Positions 1 through 13,800 of a stretch of 64,000 nucleotides of DNA are shown here, one piece after another; positions within the stretch are counted from its first letter, which is position 1, and each line of letters starts with the position of its first letter. Below the pieces are notes generated by a model, which was not told the DNA's origin, did no database searches, and was given only the letters and a program-made list of their open reading frames with translations. The position numbers and the translations under genes were made by a program. This DNA is from Leptogorgia sarmentosa (lineage: Eukaryota): NCBI GenBank assembly GCA_964658305.1, contig OZ210884.1, forward strand, positions 4,464,001 through 4,528,000, given 5' to 3'.

Positions 1-2
1 AT

Positions 3-176
3 TATGCATTGATGAACCACTATCGAACTTTTCGTAATGGGGAATTGCCAGATGAGGAAAACATAGAAGGCCGCCAACGTATTCTGGATTGGGTAACGGT
101 TGTCTATGTAGAAAAGATTGTTGCAGGATTGAGCGGACGTTTGTGTCGTCCACGGAAAGGAAATCCTAACAAATAA
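3..176 (+). CDS. Probable 3' end of an upstream gene, product unknown
   Basis: Open frame from the window edge, YALMNHYRTFRNGELPDEENIEGRQRILDWVTVVYVEKIVAGLSGRLCRPRKGNPNK*, in GC-richer sequence ending at TAA 174-176; no family recognised. Confidence 0.45.
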   Translation, partial: YALMNHYRTFRNGELPDEENIEGRQRILDWVTVVYVEKIVAGLSGRLCRPRKGNPNK

Positions 177-376
177 AAACTTCAGAGAATTTAGACATTA
201 ATTTCAGATTGTGAAATATAATATAGAGTTGGAACATTTTTATCATATAGTGGCGGTGAGCAGGGACGTAACTAGAACGTAAATTTCGGGGCTGAGGGGA
301 GGAGAGGGAGTGGGGGTATATTCACAGATTCATGTTCTGTCCAACGGATTGCTTTTCAAAACAATTCTAAAACAAC

Positions 377-547
377 CAGTGGCGTAGCCAGAACGATAAT
401 TGGGGGGGGGGGGGCACGTATTAATATATTCATGTTCTGCGTTATTTATTTCTTTTCAAATTAATTGTTTTTATGGTATGCATGTGAACACGAATGTATG
501 AATATGCCCTCCCCCCCCCCCCAATTATCGTTCTGGCTGCGCCACTG
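377..547. mobile_element. hAT-like MITE
   Basis: TIRs CAGTGGCGTAGCCAGAACGATAATTGGGG / CCCCAATTATCGTTCTGGCTGCGCCACTG; 8-bp flanks AAAACAAC / AACACAAC (7/8). Appears nested in an older related element starting CAGGGACGTA at ~261. Confidence 0.85.
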
Positions 548-2074
548 AACACAACAGATTTCAGATTTGATATATACAGTATGGTGGTCGAAATGCAGCC
601 CAAAAAGCATTACGAATAAGTATTTCAGACTTTAATCTTAGTGAAAATCATTTACGTGATGTTCGTATACTATAAGGTGAGCTAGCTCATTTAACTTGGC
701 TGTTTCTTTTGTATATTTCTACCTTTGTGGTCACATGGAGACCAGACTCACCCAAGGCGAGATCTGAACTTCATTATTTATAAGCATAACCTCGCTCTAG
801 CTGGGATCTCAGTAAAGTTGGATGGACACTTCATCTCACCTGTACTGTCATGATTTGAATTATTTAAAAAATCAGAAAATTTTATCCTGGAATACCATAT
901 TGTGGAACGGCAAAATTTAGAAAACATTAAAATAAACATTAAAATTATGAAAATGAAGCAGTTGTGCATAGAAGTTGCATGAAATGCAGAGTTTTAAAAG
1001 CTTATCGTGTCTGATCTTATGAAAATGTAGCTAATGCTTCGGGTAAATGCCTGAAATGAAAATGACACCGTGATTCAAAGATAAAATTCCTGCTGCGGTC
1101 AAAGATCAAATTTAATTCAGAGTTTGATGCATATATAGCTAGCTCTTAAATTATCCAGGATCCAACCACAGAGAAAAAGTGTAACTAATAAATATTCAAT
1201 CTAATTTTCCTCGTTAAACTTCTAACATTACACATTATAAACAGCATAATGAGCAGATGGTAGTGTCTGAACATTTTTATTATATATCGGGATATAAATT
1301 CCCTGTGCATGGAAAGACCGTAGCTACCGAAGCTAACAGACTATTGTTGGGCACTATACATAACGCCCACTCCCAAGTCCATACATGTGATCCATTATGG
1401 TTAATTTTAAAAACCGAGATGTCTCGATTCTAATGATTTTTTCGATCACAGTACAGAGCTTTTCTGTAAATTTCGATGTGTCAATAAACGACGTTGTAAT
1501 ACATACTAATTTTTGGGATGCATACATCACTGACAAAATGGTTAGTTCAATGGTTCAAACTAACAAACGTAGGTATGAGCTGCGGCCCTAGTGTGGCCAG
1601 TCTATAGCTGCATAGTGACAATCCAAACCAAATGTATACATGAGTGCACTTCTGTCTGCAGGGAAAAATATGCCAATTGAAAGACATAATTTTGAAATAG
1701 ACGCGCCCTTGAAAAATGTTAATTATATAACCCTGAAAGAAGTCTTTTAGTCTTTGTGTGATAGTTGCACGTCTTTCTGTATATACCGGCCGACACCTCT
1801 CGAGTTCCTTTCAAATCGATCTTGCACGCCAAAGTTGTTGTTTCATTATTGCGAGATTTGGACATGGACGGTAAAATTGACATCGCAAAAGAACAACAGA
1901 TTTAGCCTGTGAATGGTATTATTTTGTATATTTAGCAATTTCTCATTAGTACTAATTGCATTACTTGGAAGAATTCACCTGCGTCTACAAAGAATACCAA
2001 AGAATCTTGTTCGTAATAATTATAACACTCACATACAAGTGTACAGATCACTGTTTCATATAATATAGCAAGAG

Positions 2075-5000
2075 ATGTCGACGATATTTCAGCACCAACA
2101 AAATGCCAGCAATCATCGTGACTTACTGGGCCCTGCAAATGTAAGTATATTGATGTCACGTATAGTGTTATAAACCAGACATGCCTGATCGATAACGACT
2201 GAAGTAGAGTTGTTTATCCTGATGACTGTAGACAACTATAAATCAGTTCACCACGTTAATTAAATGAGTAGCTACATATATACAGTACTGTGCAAAAATT
2301 ATAGGCACCTCGTGAATAAGCATTTGACGCCATCTTATTGTAAACTTATACGATGCAAAAGTTATAGGCACCTCGTGAAAACGCATTTGACGCCATCTTA
2401 TTGTAAACTTATTTTAAACTTATACGATAAGTTTACAATAAGATGGCGTCAAATGCTTTTTCACGAGGTGCCTACAACTTTTGCACAGTACTGTACTTTA
2501 TCAGGAATTCTTGTTTGAGAAAATATTATGCGACTTCTACGGTCACGATATTTGATTTGATAAGGTTATTTTCCGACTTTTTCCGAATTAATTTGCTTGT
2601 TGAGCTTATACTAACTTTTAACCCATATTATGCACAAAATACCAGTAGCTAAATATCCAGCTTCAAAACGAGGCCAATGGCTTAAATGTGAATAATTTGT
2701 AAGGTCTATTATACTGCATATAGCTACATTCGTGTTTTTGCATTATGATCGTATCGATAATATCATAATTATCTAATTGGAATGAATATTTTGGGTTTAC
2801 AAAAGAAGAAAACATTCCAACTATTATCTTGATCGATATGTTTATCAGTTCGAGTAGAGTCAATTTTGGCTATAGCTGCATAGCATTATCAAATTTCAGT
2901 AGTCACTATTGAATCATGCATATTATAGGTCAATACTTTATAGCATTAGCATAACTTGTTCGAGTAAATAAACCAAATTTTTAGAGTACAAAAACTATGA
3001 TTTTTTCTAATGTAGTTTGTTGAAGCAACAGTCTCGATAACAATCGAAAACCGATAACAATTAATTCTGAAAGATTCCTTGAAAGATGGAAGTAGCTGTA
3101 GAACGTTCTTCATATTATTGAATGTGTTCGTTTTGAATACCGCGGCAGCTTCAAATTAGATAATTAGATCATTATATTTAGCCAACAAACAATTCATGAA
3201 AGACGTGTTTGCTTAACTTTTTGTATAGCTACTTATAACAAAGTGGTCATGAACAATAGAAAAAGAAAAGCTTTGCTAGCGGCGGTTTGAGTCAATGCTC
3301 AGTTTGTATTAAATTAGTTTAAAGTCAAATTGAAATAAATTTCTACATACCAAATACAAACATACCAAATACACAATGGCCTGGTCCAGGAATATACACT
3401 AGAAAATCAACAACTGATAAAATATATGACTCAGACATGACAAAATCTTTTGAGAATATTTCTTATCAAGAATATCTCACAATCCTCTTCTTGTAGTCGT
3501 ATAAGCTAAAGCTTTACAGAATTTTCAAAATCGCACTTCGCAATCATGGCATAATATGGAATCGAAAAATAAAACTATTACTTTTGTATAGAAACGTAGT
3601 TAAAGTTAAGTTGACCAATCAGAAACGCGTATTTAAAAGTTAACTACCATTTAACTACAAAATGGATAGTTAAGAGTTTTATACAACCGATCCCTGTTGT
3701 ACAAACCCGTATATATTCTCGCGCGTATATATATTAAAAGGTGGTGCGATGATATGAATTTTATCTTCCAGTGGGGAAAGCAATATTTTACGACCCAGCG
3801 AATGAATAAAATATCATTTTCACGAGTTAGTTTTCATAGCTTTTTCGTTTCCATTTTGTATTGACATTTGAAACTATCATTTTTTTCTACAGGTAATCTT
3901 ATACCTTTTTGGTGTTCCATTCCTAAGTGTGGAACAGGGAACAACGTTTGGCTTGGCAAAAATGTTGTATGAATCGATGGGAGGAAACGGTCAGATTATT
4001 GGTTTGAGGAATCGTGACCTTTCTTCATCCTTGGCCTGTATTGTAACGCAGGATCAAACTATTTTGGACGAAGGAGAATATGATATTATTCTTACTGGTA
4101 AGTTGATGGTTCAATACCGCTTTTTTATTCTATAGCAAGCAATTGTTTTCGCGAATGGAGCGATCTGATTGGCTGCTGACAGGGCAGCATTTTTCCGTCA
4201 TTTCCCACGGGCATGCAATACGCAATTTTTATAGCTCTATGAGGAAAATAATTACACAAAACTTTAATATTGAATGAAATTTTAGTTGAGGGACGAGCAG
4301 CATTCTGAGAGCGAGTTTTCTTACTCGCGCAGCTTGGTAATGAAGGATACAAAACTGTTTTTCGTCAGTTTAACGACGTACAGTTGCTATATTAATTTGG
4401 TTTAGTCGAGTATGTCATTTGAGCTCATTTCGAAACGCGCGTGTGCCATATAATAAAACTAGCAAGACCTCAGTTTGCTATTTTCCCGTACAGCCCGAAA
4501 GAAGTCAGTAAGTTATTAGTATTTCGTCTCTGTAGCTAAGTTAACAAAGTCCCACAATAACAGCAAAGATGTAATTTTATGCAGTAAAAAATTCAATACT
4601 GAATTTGTCTGCTGTTTTTTTAGCAAGAAGTGGAGCCTTTTCAGACAAAACGTCAACCACTCACCGTAACAAAAATATTACTACAAGAATTTCTTCACAA
4701 AACGAATCTCAAGTACTGCGACGAGACGATTCGTTTCCAAATTCGAAACAAATAACGTGGAGGAACGATATGCGCGATATTGATATTCCCGTAGAAAGCA
4801 GTGCAAACGATATTCCTACGTTTGGCAAAGATACTCACGATGGTAGTATCTCTGCTAATGATAAGAATTACACAGAAAAACAACAGCCAAGAGATTCCGT
4901 CATTAACAGTTTCCAATATACAAAGGCCAGAGAAGAAGTTATGCCTCAATATAGAAAGGAACACATTGATCAAACTACAGCCATTGCATCTCCTACAAAT

Positions 5001-5861
5001 AGCTGTATTTCACTAAGCAGTGATAGTACCGATGGATTATGCCAAATATCCCCAAGAGAGGTAAATATTTATTTATTAAACAACAGCGCACGTGGCCAGA
5101 GGTATAGCACTTCACGATAACGAACCCTAAACGATAAAACAGATTCGACGTTTCGACCGAAGGGCCGGGCTGTTTTATCGTTTAGGTAGTGAAATTATCC
5201 TTCCTGCTCTTGTTCGTTAAATAGTTATTTATGCATCTCTTTATGCCTGTATTAATTATTTATGTTTGTGCAATGAATAGTACTTAGTCCCCAGCTGTAT
5301 TGATTACGCGCGGTTAGCCTTGTGCCAATTAGTCATCTATAATCTTATACTCTCATAATTTTTATAAGACAATAAGAATGCTGTCAATATACGCTTCAAG
5401 GAATAACGGAAAAACATTGCAATGCCCACGTAGCCTAATGCTGTTTTCTTTTTGCATTGTAGTTTGAGCAATCTCTTACTCGTAAACGAAAGTGGCAGTG
5501 TTGTCATTGTAAGAAGTTTTTCCGCTGTCGCAGTGCTCACGACAGTCACCAGAGAACACATACGGGCGAAAAGCCGTTCCAATGTGACGTCTGTAGTCGA
5601 CGCTTTAGTCACAATGGAAACCTGAAGCAACACATGTACATCCACTGCGACATCAAACCATATGTTTGTGACGTCTGCGGAAGCGGTTTCATTCGTCCAA
5701 ACAGATTACGAGATCACAAACTGTCACACGAATACAAACTTTATATGCTCACGAAAGTGAAATTAACAAACACATCAAACGTTCCGGCAGCGAGTCGTGT
5801 TAAGGTTATTTCGCCCCCACCTAGTGCAGACAAGGAAGCTGTAAAAAAGGCTGACCATTAG
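2075..5861 (+). CDS. C2H2 zinc-finger protein with 3 C-terminal fingers, ~368 aa
   Basis: join(2075..2140,3893..4097,4624..5060,5463..5861), all GT-AG and phase-consistent. Last exon: WQCCHCKKFFRCRSAHDSHQRTH-TGEKP-FQCDVCSRRFSHNGNLKQHMYIH-CDIKP-YVCDVCGSGFIRPNRLRDHKLSH. First coding exon is the least certain. Confidence 0.85.
2283..2493. mobile_element. Tc1/mariner-like MITE in zinc-finger gene intron
   Basis: TA|CAGTACTGTGCAAAA ... TTTTGCACAGTACTG|TA; long inverted arms, with a ~60-bp tandem duplication in the left arm. Confidence 0.85.
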
Positions 5862-6505
5862 GATAAGTCGTAAACCCATATCTTTATTATTACTAGTATT
5901 AAAATACTGCAAAATCCAACACATTAACGAACTAAATTCAGGTATAGCCTACAGATCGACCAAGGAGCGAATAGAAAAAAGAGATAGCAAAATTATTACT
6001 CACAAACTGAAACTGCTATTGTGAATTTTAATTAATCAAGACTGTAATTTATTGTTATTTGAAATTTATATGCAATAATACTTTTGAAGCAGAGCTTCTT
6101 CTTTTTCCAATGACTAAACAAAAGTGAAGTTGACCATCCATTCGGTTTATACTGAAGATTTGGATTAAAACATTTGCCTAGATTTGGCAAAATAATTTCA
6201 CCAGACACGCTTGCCTACAGATAATTAGGTCTCGGCAAATATTGCTTTGTGAAGGCACTACAATTTTGCAGTAAATTTGCAAGACTTTGCAGACAACGCG
6301 GAGCGGGGGATTGGGGCGGCTTTAAGTTTTATTAACGCTATTTGCAGGTTTGGAAGAGCAAAAAATTTTTTTGTTATGGCAAAATGATTTTGTAATAACA
6401 TCGCCAAAACACGCGTGTAAACGCCGACACGCGTGTAATTTTTCATTAATACTTCTCGAACCGTGTTATTTCCTATACAAATATATAAAATCACTAACAT
6501 TCAAC

Positions 6506-9500
6506 ATGTTCGGCCTTTTCCACAAATATGTAAATCCTATTCTGCTCAGAAAGGGAAGAACTGCGACTAAACCTTTCAGTTGTGCGAAGGCTTCGAGACA
6601 TTCGGCGAATTATCCTCCAAACAAAGGTAGAGTGAAGTATCATAGCATGGTCAATTATATGATAATTATGTTTGTTATGTCGACAGTTGTATAGTTACGA
6701 TTTCATTTTAACAACAATTTTATACAGTTCCCCAAACTCGTTGCTTGCATGACAATCATAAATTTCAATCTGTAATCCACTGCAACAACGTATGGAACTA
6801 TAATTGGGTCTAAGAATATTTATTTACTACATAAAGAGGCTGATGTCTGTGTCAGATTTACATGCAGTCAGAAACTAAAATTATGAGAGGATTGAAGAAG
6901 CAATACGCATAGTACTAGTGTCTTTCGATGCTTATTCGCGTATACCGAGCTAAAGTAGCATTACAGCTATATAGCGTTTAATATAGGAATTATTGGCATT
7001 CCTCCCCTCAAGGCATATAAATTTGTATAGATAGTTGTATAGTGGCATTTCCTATACTTCCTGTAATTGTGTGTTTTGACTACTTGTATCAAAGACAACT
7101 GAAAGTGAAAAACATTTTTAGCACCGCACAATGATTCGTCCAAAGCAATCATACAGAACGTGTACAGTGACACTGGAAATAGATTTTTGAAGATCTTGTG
7201 GAGCGATGGAACCACCTCACGAATTCCATACATTCTTCTTCGTGACAGCTGTCAGTGCCCGCAATGTTTAGTGCATCAGACCACAGTTAACACGACAGTT
7301 GATTTTGGACTGGACTTTAAAGTAAAAAGAGCAAATGTGTGTGAAAGTGGGAAAATGCTTAGATGTTCTTGGCCCGATGGCCACCAGAGTGAGTATCCTT
7401 CTGAATTTCTTTACGACGCAAGGATGCCTGAAAAAAGAAACGAATGGAAAAATAACGTAGATGATCTCGTAAAAGACGAACTCGTGTTATGGAACAGAGA
7501 AATGATGCAGGATATTATATTTTCATGCAGATATTTCGTATGTCAGAGATCCACCTATGGTAAGTTTATAGACACAGACTGAAATTGGAACGGTGGCACC
7601 TACAACGAGGACATGAAATAACAGGGTTTTTAAATTTAATTTGTCGTTCCATCAAATATCTTTATATTTTCATACATGTGCACATGGGAAGGATTGGCAT
7701 ATATCTAATCCATAATCTCAGGTTACAAATTAGATTGTTACACAGCTATTACATAATGACAGGCATGCAAGATTTTAAATTTAAAACGAAATAAATTTAA
7801 TCATTACTTACCATTGTACATGAAGTATTATAAATTAGAATTATCTATAATGCCTCGACAAACTTGTTACGACATACCATTCCGCAAGTACAGGGGCCGC
7901 GGAAGCGCCTCAAAAGTGTGTGTGGGGGGGGGGGGGGGCACAATCCAAAAATGGCATAGATGGAAAAGTGCACTTTCCTTTCAAAAAAGGGGACATTTAC
8001 CCTTTGTACAAAAAGTGGGGGGGGGGGACACTTGCCCCCAATTCCACCCCGGTTCCGCGGCCCCAGCGCAACTGCGCAAGTATAATGTAAACCGCCCCTC
8101 ATGGAGGTATATTGTTATACTTAAGGTCGCCGTGATTCACTGTGTTGAACAAGCAATGAAAGGCGGCAAAAGTATTTATGTCGACGCGTTTAATGGCGTT
8201 AAAGAACTAAAACGAACCTGTCCTGAAGCTTTTGATGTTTTGAAAACGTTCCACGTGAGATATTTCGACGTTGGACCTGATGTTCGTGAGGAATACCTTG
8301 CTGGTTATTCCCATCCAGTTATCAAGTACGTTGAACATTTTTCATTCTGTGCTCAGGGCGTTTGTTCGGAGACTGTTAAATTTAGCTGGAAACCGTGACC
8401 AATGTGGTAGGGTATACACACACGGTTCTACAGTGCATAAGTATTTTGATGACTGCTTTGAATAAAGATCACAATGATAATACCGATCCAGACAATTTTG
8501 CATCGCTGAAGATCACGTTGCAACGACGGTTAAGCCCGTCATCCAATCAATAATTCGAAAAAATCATGTTTCTTTATTCAAATGAAGAAATTTGTTGCAC
8601 TTCCGAGGTTGTTCAAAATTTTCAGCTTCTGTCTAATTTTTAACTGATGGTTTAAGAGCAAATGGAAATTAAGTTTAAATGATGAATACCGGTTATTTCC
8701 TTACTTAGGCCACCTCCACTTTGTCCCTCACCCTCCATTTAGCCCCCGCCTCTCCATTGAGCCCTCCACCTCCTCCCTGTGAGGGTCTTATCAGCCAATA
8801 GAAATGTGCAGCGCATGATGTGGAGGTTAATATTATATGATCCTGTTAATATCAGACATTCTAGAATGTATTTGGACATTCAGAAACTTGGCGATAGATA
8901 AGCTACTTTAATTGATTGCACTTACTGAATGTAGTATGGTGAAGAATCTAAAACGCTCTCTGACCAAATATTAAATTCATTAATGAGAGAGATTAATCCT
9001 GGCCGTGGGCGCGCATCTTCTATCTTTTGTTGAATGTAGTATGATACAAAACCGATTGATGTTGTTTCTATAATATATATTATGTACTCAATTTGGTGTT
9101 ATAATTAATTAATACAAATTGATAGAGATGCATGTGTTGTGTGAATTGGTATATTTATGGTACCGATTTGGGGTCAAAATTTGTATACCCCACCACCAGA
9201 TGAAAGCTAGCAAACCGAAGCCTCAGGCCGGGTAAATAGAGGAAGTAAGGTAATTCGGTTTCAAATTATTCCCCATTAATATTTTAATGACTGATATATT
9301 TAAAGAATGGATTCATGTCTCTGAGAATGGTTCTCAAATAGAAATATATTTGTATTCATAAATATTCTTTTCAAATTGAAAAATTTTATTTCAATTCTTC
9401 AATGATATACTTGTTTGAGATTGTCTTTGTTACTACATCCAGTAAATTATTTATTCATTTAAAAATTGAAAGCAAGAACATTGTGCATAAACTGGTTAGT

Positions 9501-9919
9501 CATTCTTCACTCATTGGTTTGCGTTTAATCACATATTTTAATATGTTTTTAGTGTAAATAAACATGGCCGTTTAACCGACATTTTGGTGGGCAACATGGT
9601 GATGTCTAAACATTACAGAGATAAAACACCTGATGAAGTTTTGCAGTTCTACGAGTCCTACCATGAACTCCTGAAAATACTCTACACATCAGAAAATATC
9701 ATCGATATTCATTTACGGCCTGGCCAAATGGCTTTGTATCAAAATACCAGGGTTCTGCATGGGAGAACAGCTATCGAATCAACAGGGTTTCCTATCAAGC
9801 GATGGCTTCAAATCGCCTACATGGACTGGGATGCGATTTTTTTAAGACTTCGTCTGCTTCAAAAGAAACACGGTCTGAAAGCACCATATCTACACGAGCA
9901 GTCTGACGAGTTCTTCTGA
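6506..9919 (+). pseudogene. BBOX1-like: Gamma-butyrobetaine dioxygenase-like copy 1, disrupted by internal deletion and frameshift
   Basis: Exons 6506..6626, 7122..7559 (fused exon 2/3), 8126..8325, 9553..9919. Retains LRDSCQCPQC/WPDGH and NTRVLHGR, but at 7514/7515 exon 2 joins the exon-3 tail (LYFHADISYVRDPPM) out of frame; ~470 nt present in copy 2 are missing. Confidence 0.8.
7891..8074. mobile_element. hAT-like MITE in BBOX copy 1 intron
   Basis: TIRs CAGGGGCCGCGGAA / TTCCGCGGCCCCAG, poly-G tracts, exact 8-bp TSD CGCAAGTA at 7883-7890 and 8075-8082. Confidence 0.85.
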
Positions 9920-10830
9920 CTTCATCAACTTCACCTACCTCATGTAATTATGATAGAAATTATGAGTCTGAAAAAGGAACATTTATTCTGTACAACATTT
10001 AGGAAGGAATGGTTTGAATAACTTGCATTTGATTTTACTTATATAGAGTAAAAACAATCAAAGTAATCACCCTAAAATATAAAGCATTGTATTTAGGAAG
10101 TATTGATTTAGATTCTGATATATAGCTAACATTTGATTTTCCAGGCAAAATTGGCTGAGTTATTTTAATAAAACGTTTTAACAAGCTACCACTTCTGCAA
10201 AGCTGAAAAATTAGCCTATAAAACAGCATAGCTATAAAAAATCAACTGAACTTTCGTTCAATGTGAATTCATTTACTTCGTTTCATTTTTTAGGTTTTAA
10301 ATTAATTCATTTTCAGTAAAAATGACCAGGTATAAGTTGAAATATTATAAATCTCAACTCAAGTAACAATGGCTGGTCTTTTCTGTCCAAAAAAATTATA
10401 TGGATAGACATGAATAAATTGATGTAATTTCGCCCCGTGACCCCCTCCTATTTCTGCGCCCCCCCCCCCCCACCCACCCAGCTTACACGCAAACTTATGT
10501 CTACGTTTGTAAACTTCGTTCGGGCGCCTGCCATCTATATAGTAGCTACGGCTCGAAATTTGAAAATTTTTTGTTCTCATGTATAGAATTGGTACTAATT
10601 ACCCTTGCTTGATTTTAACTATACATATACATATCGCGTGCACAGGTATTCAGTTCATTCACATTCACTGATAAGCCCCATTGGTTTTATTGTTTCAAAT
10701 TTGTCATGATCATGCGCATGCAATTTAGTCGTTTGATTTGCATATCAAGAAGTATAATTGTCCGTGCTTGACAATTACCTTATTAAGCATCACACTCACA
10801 TCATAATGATATAAATCGAGAACATTCAGC

Positions 10831-13800
10831 ATGTCTGGTCTTGTCCACAAATATCTATGTCCTATTCTCCTCAGAAAAGGAAGAACTGCAACTAAACCTT
10901 TCAGTTGTGCGAAGGCTTCAAACCATTCGGCGAATTGCCCTCCAAACGTTAACAAAGGTAGAGTGAATTATCATAGCATGTGCAAATATGTGATAACTAT
11001 TTTTGTTATGCCGACAATTGTCCATAACCACAATATTATTTCAACCACAATTTTAGCTATATTATTCACCAAACTCGTCGCTTGAAGATCATAAATTTTA
11101 ATCTGAAATCCACTGCAACAACGTACGGAACTATAATAATGGTCTCAGAATATTACTATATAAAATCAGAGGGCCACTCGCTGTCAGATACACATGCAGT
11201 TAGATTCGAAATTATGACCGGATTGGGAAAGCAAGATGCATAGTATATTCATGCAGGAATTCCAATGCCAAATTTAGAGCTAAATTAATCCACTGACTTT
11301 CGATGCTTAAATGTATAGCTAGCTACCAAGCGTATGCAGCATTACAGCTATGGAAGGGAATAATATTAAGTTCCATGCAGAGTCCGATATTAATAGCATA
11401 TCTCTAGTGATATCATCCGCGGTCATAGACAATCAAATGAGTGGACTGGTAACGCAGGTTAAAACTGCACATGCAACCCCCGTGTACGCCATAATTATAA
11501 TTATCTTGAACTCTGTGACGTTTCATTAAATATTCATTTCAGTACTTCGAATTGACATACTTTTAACCAGACCAGAAATGAGTGTGTAACTACCGACTTT
11601 CCAAGCTTTTCGGGGAGTGAACAAGGCAAAAAATGATCGTTGAATGTTTTAGAAAAACCTTTTTAATAACACTAATATGGCTAGGCCGGAGCGTCAGAGC
11701 AAAAACCCTGGGAACGAGATTGTAATATGGAGGCTTTTCTGTAGTCAAAGAACGTAATTATATAACAATTGAGCGTAAGTTTTTACAACGTATGTGACAA
11801 ATCGAGATGAAATTTCAAAAATTAATGGTTGCCGTGACATTGCAATTGCCTTTCTTTTTGAAAATAAAGGGCTCCAAAGTTCGCACCTTTTCTTGCGTTT
11901 CCAGTCCATTCCTTCGATTTTCTGTATTATGTCAAATACAGTAAAACATTCCCTTTCAATTGATGAATACCCAACAGAACAGAACAGCGCAGAATAGAAA
12001 ACAAAACATTCTACTAGCTGTCCAGCCGAAGAAAAATTTCAGTTAATGGCGCATAAATTTCAAGTAGTTTCGTTTTTCAGAAGTTACAGAAAGAAGGATT
12101 TCATGCTAAGTAAACTAAATTAGGGGAACGGAAACGTGAATACTCTTCTTTTGAACAATGTTTTTATGACTTGTTTTGATTGAGATTAAACATGTGGTGA
12201 AATTTATGTTCGAAAAAATTTACTTATCGTTTAAAAGAGGTTAAAATTAATAAAGAAACATTGTTTGGGACAGCTCGACGGTGGCCGTGGCCGCTTAATA
12301 GAGGTGGCCGTTTAATTAATAGAGGTCTTATCTTTAATAATTAATCACAAATATTTTTGGGACTTAGACATGTGGCCGTTTAATAGAGTGTGGCCGCTTA
12401 ATGGAGGGCCGCTTAATAAAGGTTCGACTGTACCTAATTTCCTGGCAAACCCAATGTACTGCTTACGCACCAGGTCCTAGTGCCATTTCCTTTTTTTTGT
12501 AATTGTGTGTTTTGAGCTACTTGTATGAAAGACAATTGAAAAACATTTTTAGCACCTCACAATGATTCGTCCAAAGCAATCATACAGAATGTGTACAGTG
12601 ACACTAAAGAGAAAATTATGAATATCATATGGAGAGATGGAACTGTCTCAGGTATTCCATACATTCTTCTTCGTGACAGCTGTCAGTGCCCGCAATGTAC
12701 GGGGCACCAGACCATAGTTAACACTTCAGTTGAATTCGGACTCGATATTAAAGTAGAGGAAGCAACTGTGTGTGAAAATGGGAGAATGCTTAGATGTTCT
12801 TGGCCAGATGGTCACCGAAGTGACTATCCATCAAATTTTCTTTTCAACACAACAATGTCTGAAAAAAGAAAAGGACGGAAAAATAACGTAGATGATCTCA
12901 TAAAAGATGAACTCGTGTTATGGAACAGAAAAATTATGCAGGATAAGATACCAGCTTATGAATACGACGCCGTGATGAATGATGACACGCCTCTCTTCAA
13001 CTCACTTTATGAACTGTATCGGCGAGGAATTATTCTGGTCAACAACGCACCTAAACGGGCTGGTGTGCCTCTGGAAATTATTTCTAGGGTTGGTTGGGTT
13101 AAGACCACTAATTTCGGGTAATGAGCTGTTTTGCCATTTACGATTAACATTCAGACATACACATTGCCAACGATGGGTGGGAAATGATATCACAAGGTGG
13201 TCCAATAGGAAATCTTGAGTTTTATTCAACAGTTATTTATACACCCCTGTAGTGGACATTTATTTTATTCAATGAAGTACACCTCATACGAAATCTAGAT
13301 CTATCCAAATGCATAGCTTTATATATTCATTCGTTGAGTTCTCTTGTTTAGGGATTGTTGGAGTGCAAAGGTGGACAACGAGGATCCTTCCAACATTGCA
13401 TTCACACAGAATGCTCTCTATTTTCATACTGATATGCCGTATTTTAAAGATCCACCCTTTGTGAGTCTCTGCATGGATACCGACTAGTATTTAAGATAAA
13501 AGCACATGATATAGTATAAGTATTATGGTGTACTGATATAGTGGAGATAAATGACGCAAACGTCCTTCGTTGGAAATTAAAATTTCCGCAAGTATAAACA
13601 GGCTTGAAATTAATTATGAACATCACTATGCTTCCACATTCCATAGCATAGAACGCTGACCAACAGCAGGAAACTGAAAAATTCGGCAAGGTCGTCGGAA
13701 AATATGAAATTGACTATCATATTGCTTGCAATTATAAAACATTATGAACAACGACAATAATCAAAACATTGACAATAATAAAAGAGGGGAGCGGTCAGAG

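Noticed and set aside
7814..8125. N-terminal part of the 194-aa ORF
   Set aside because: Intron plus hAT MITE read through into the BBOX exon at 8126.
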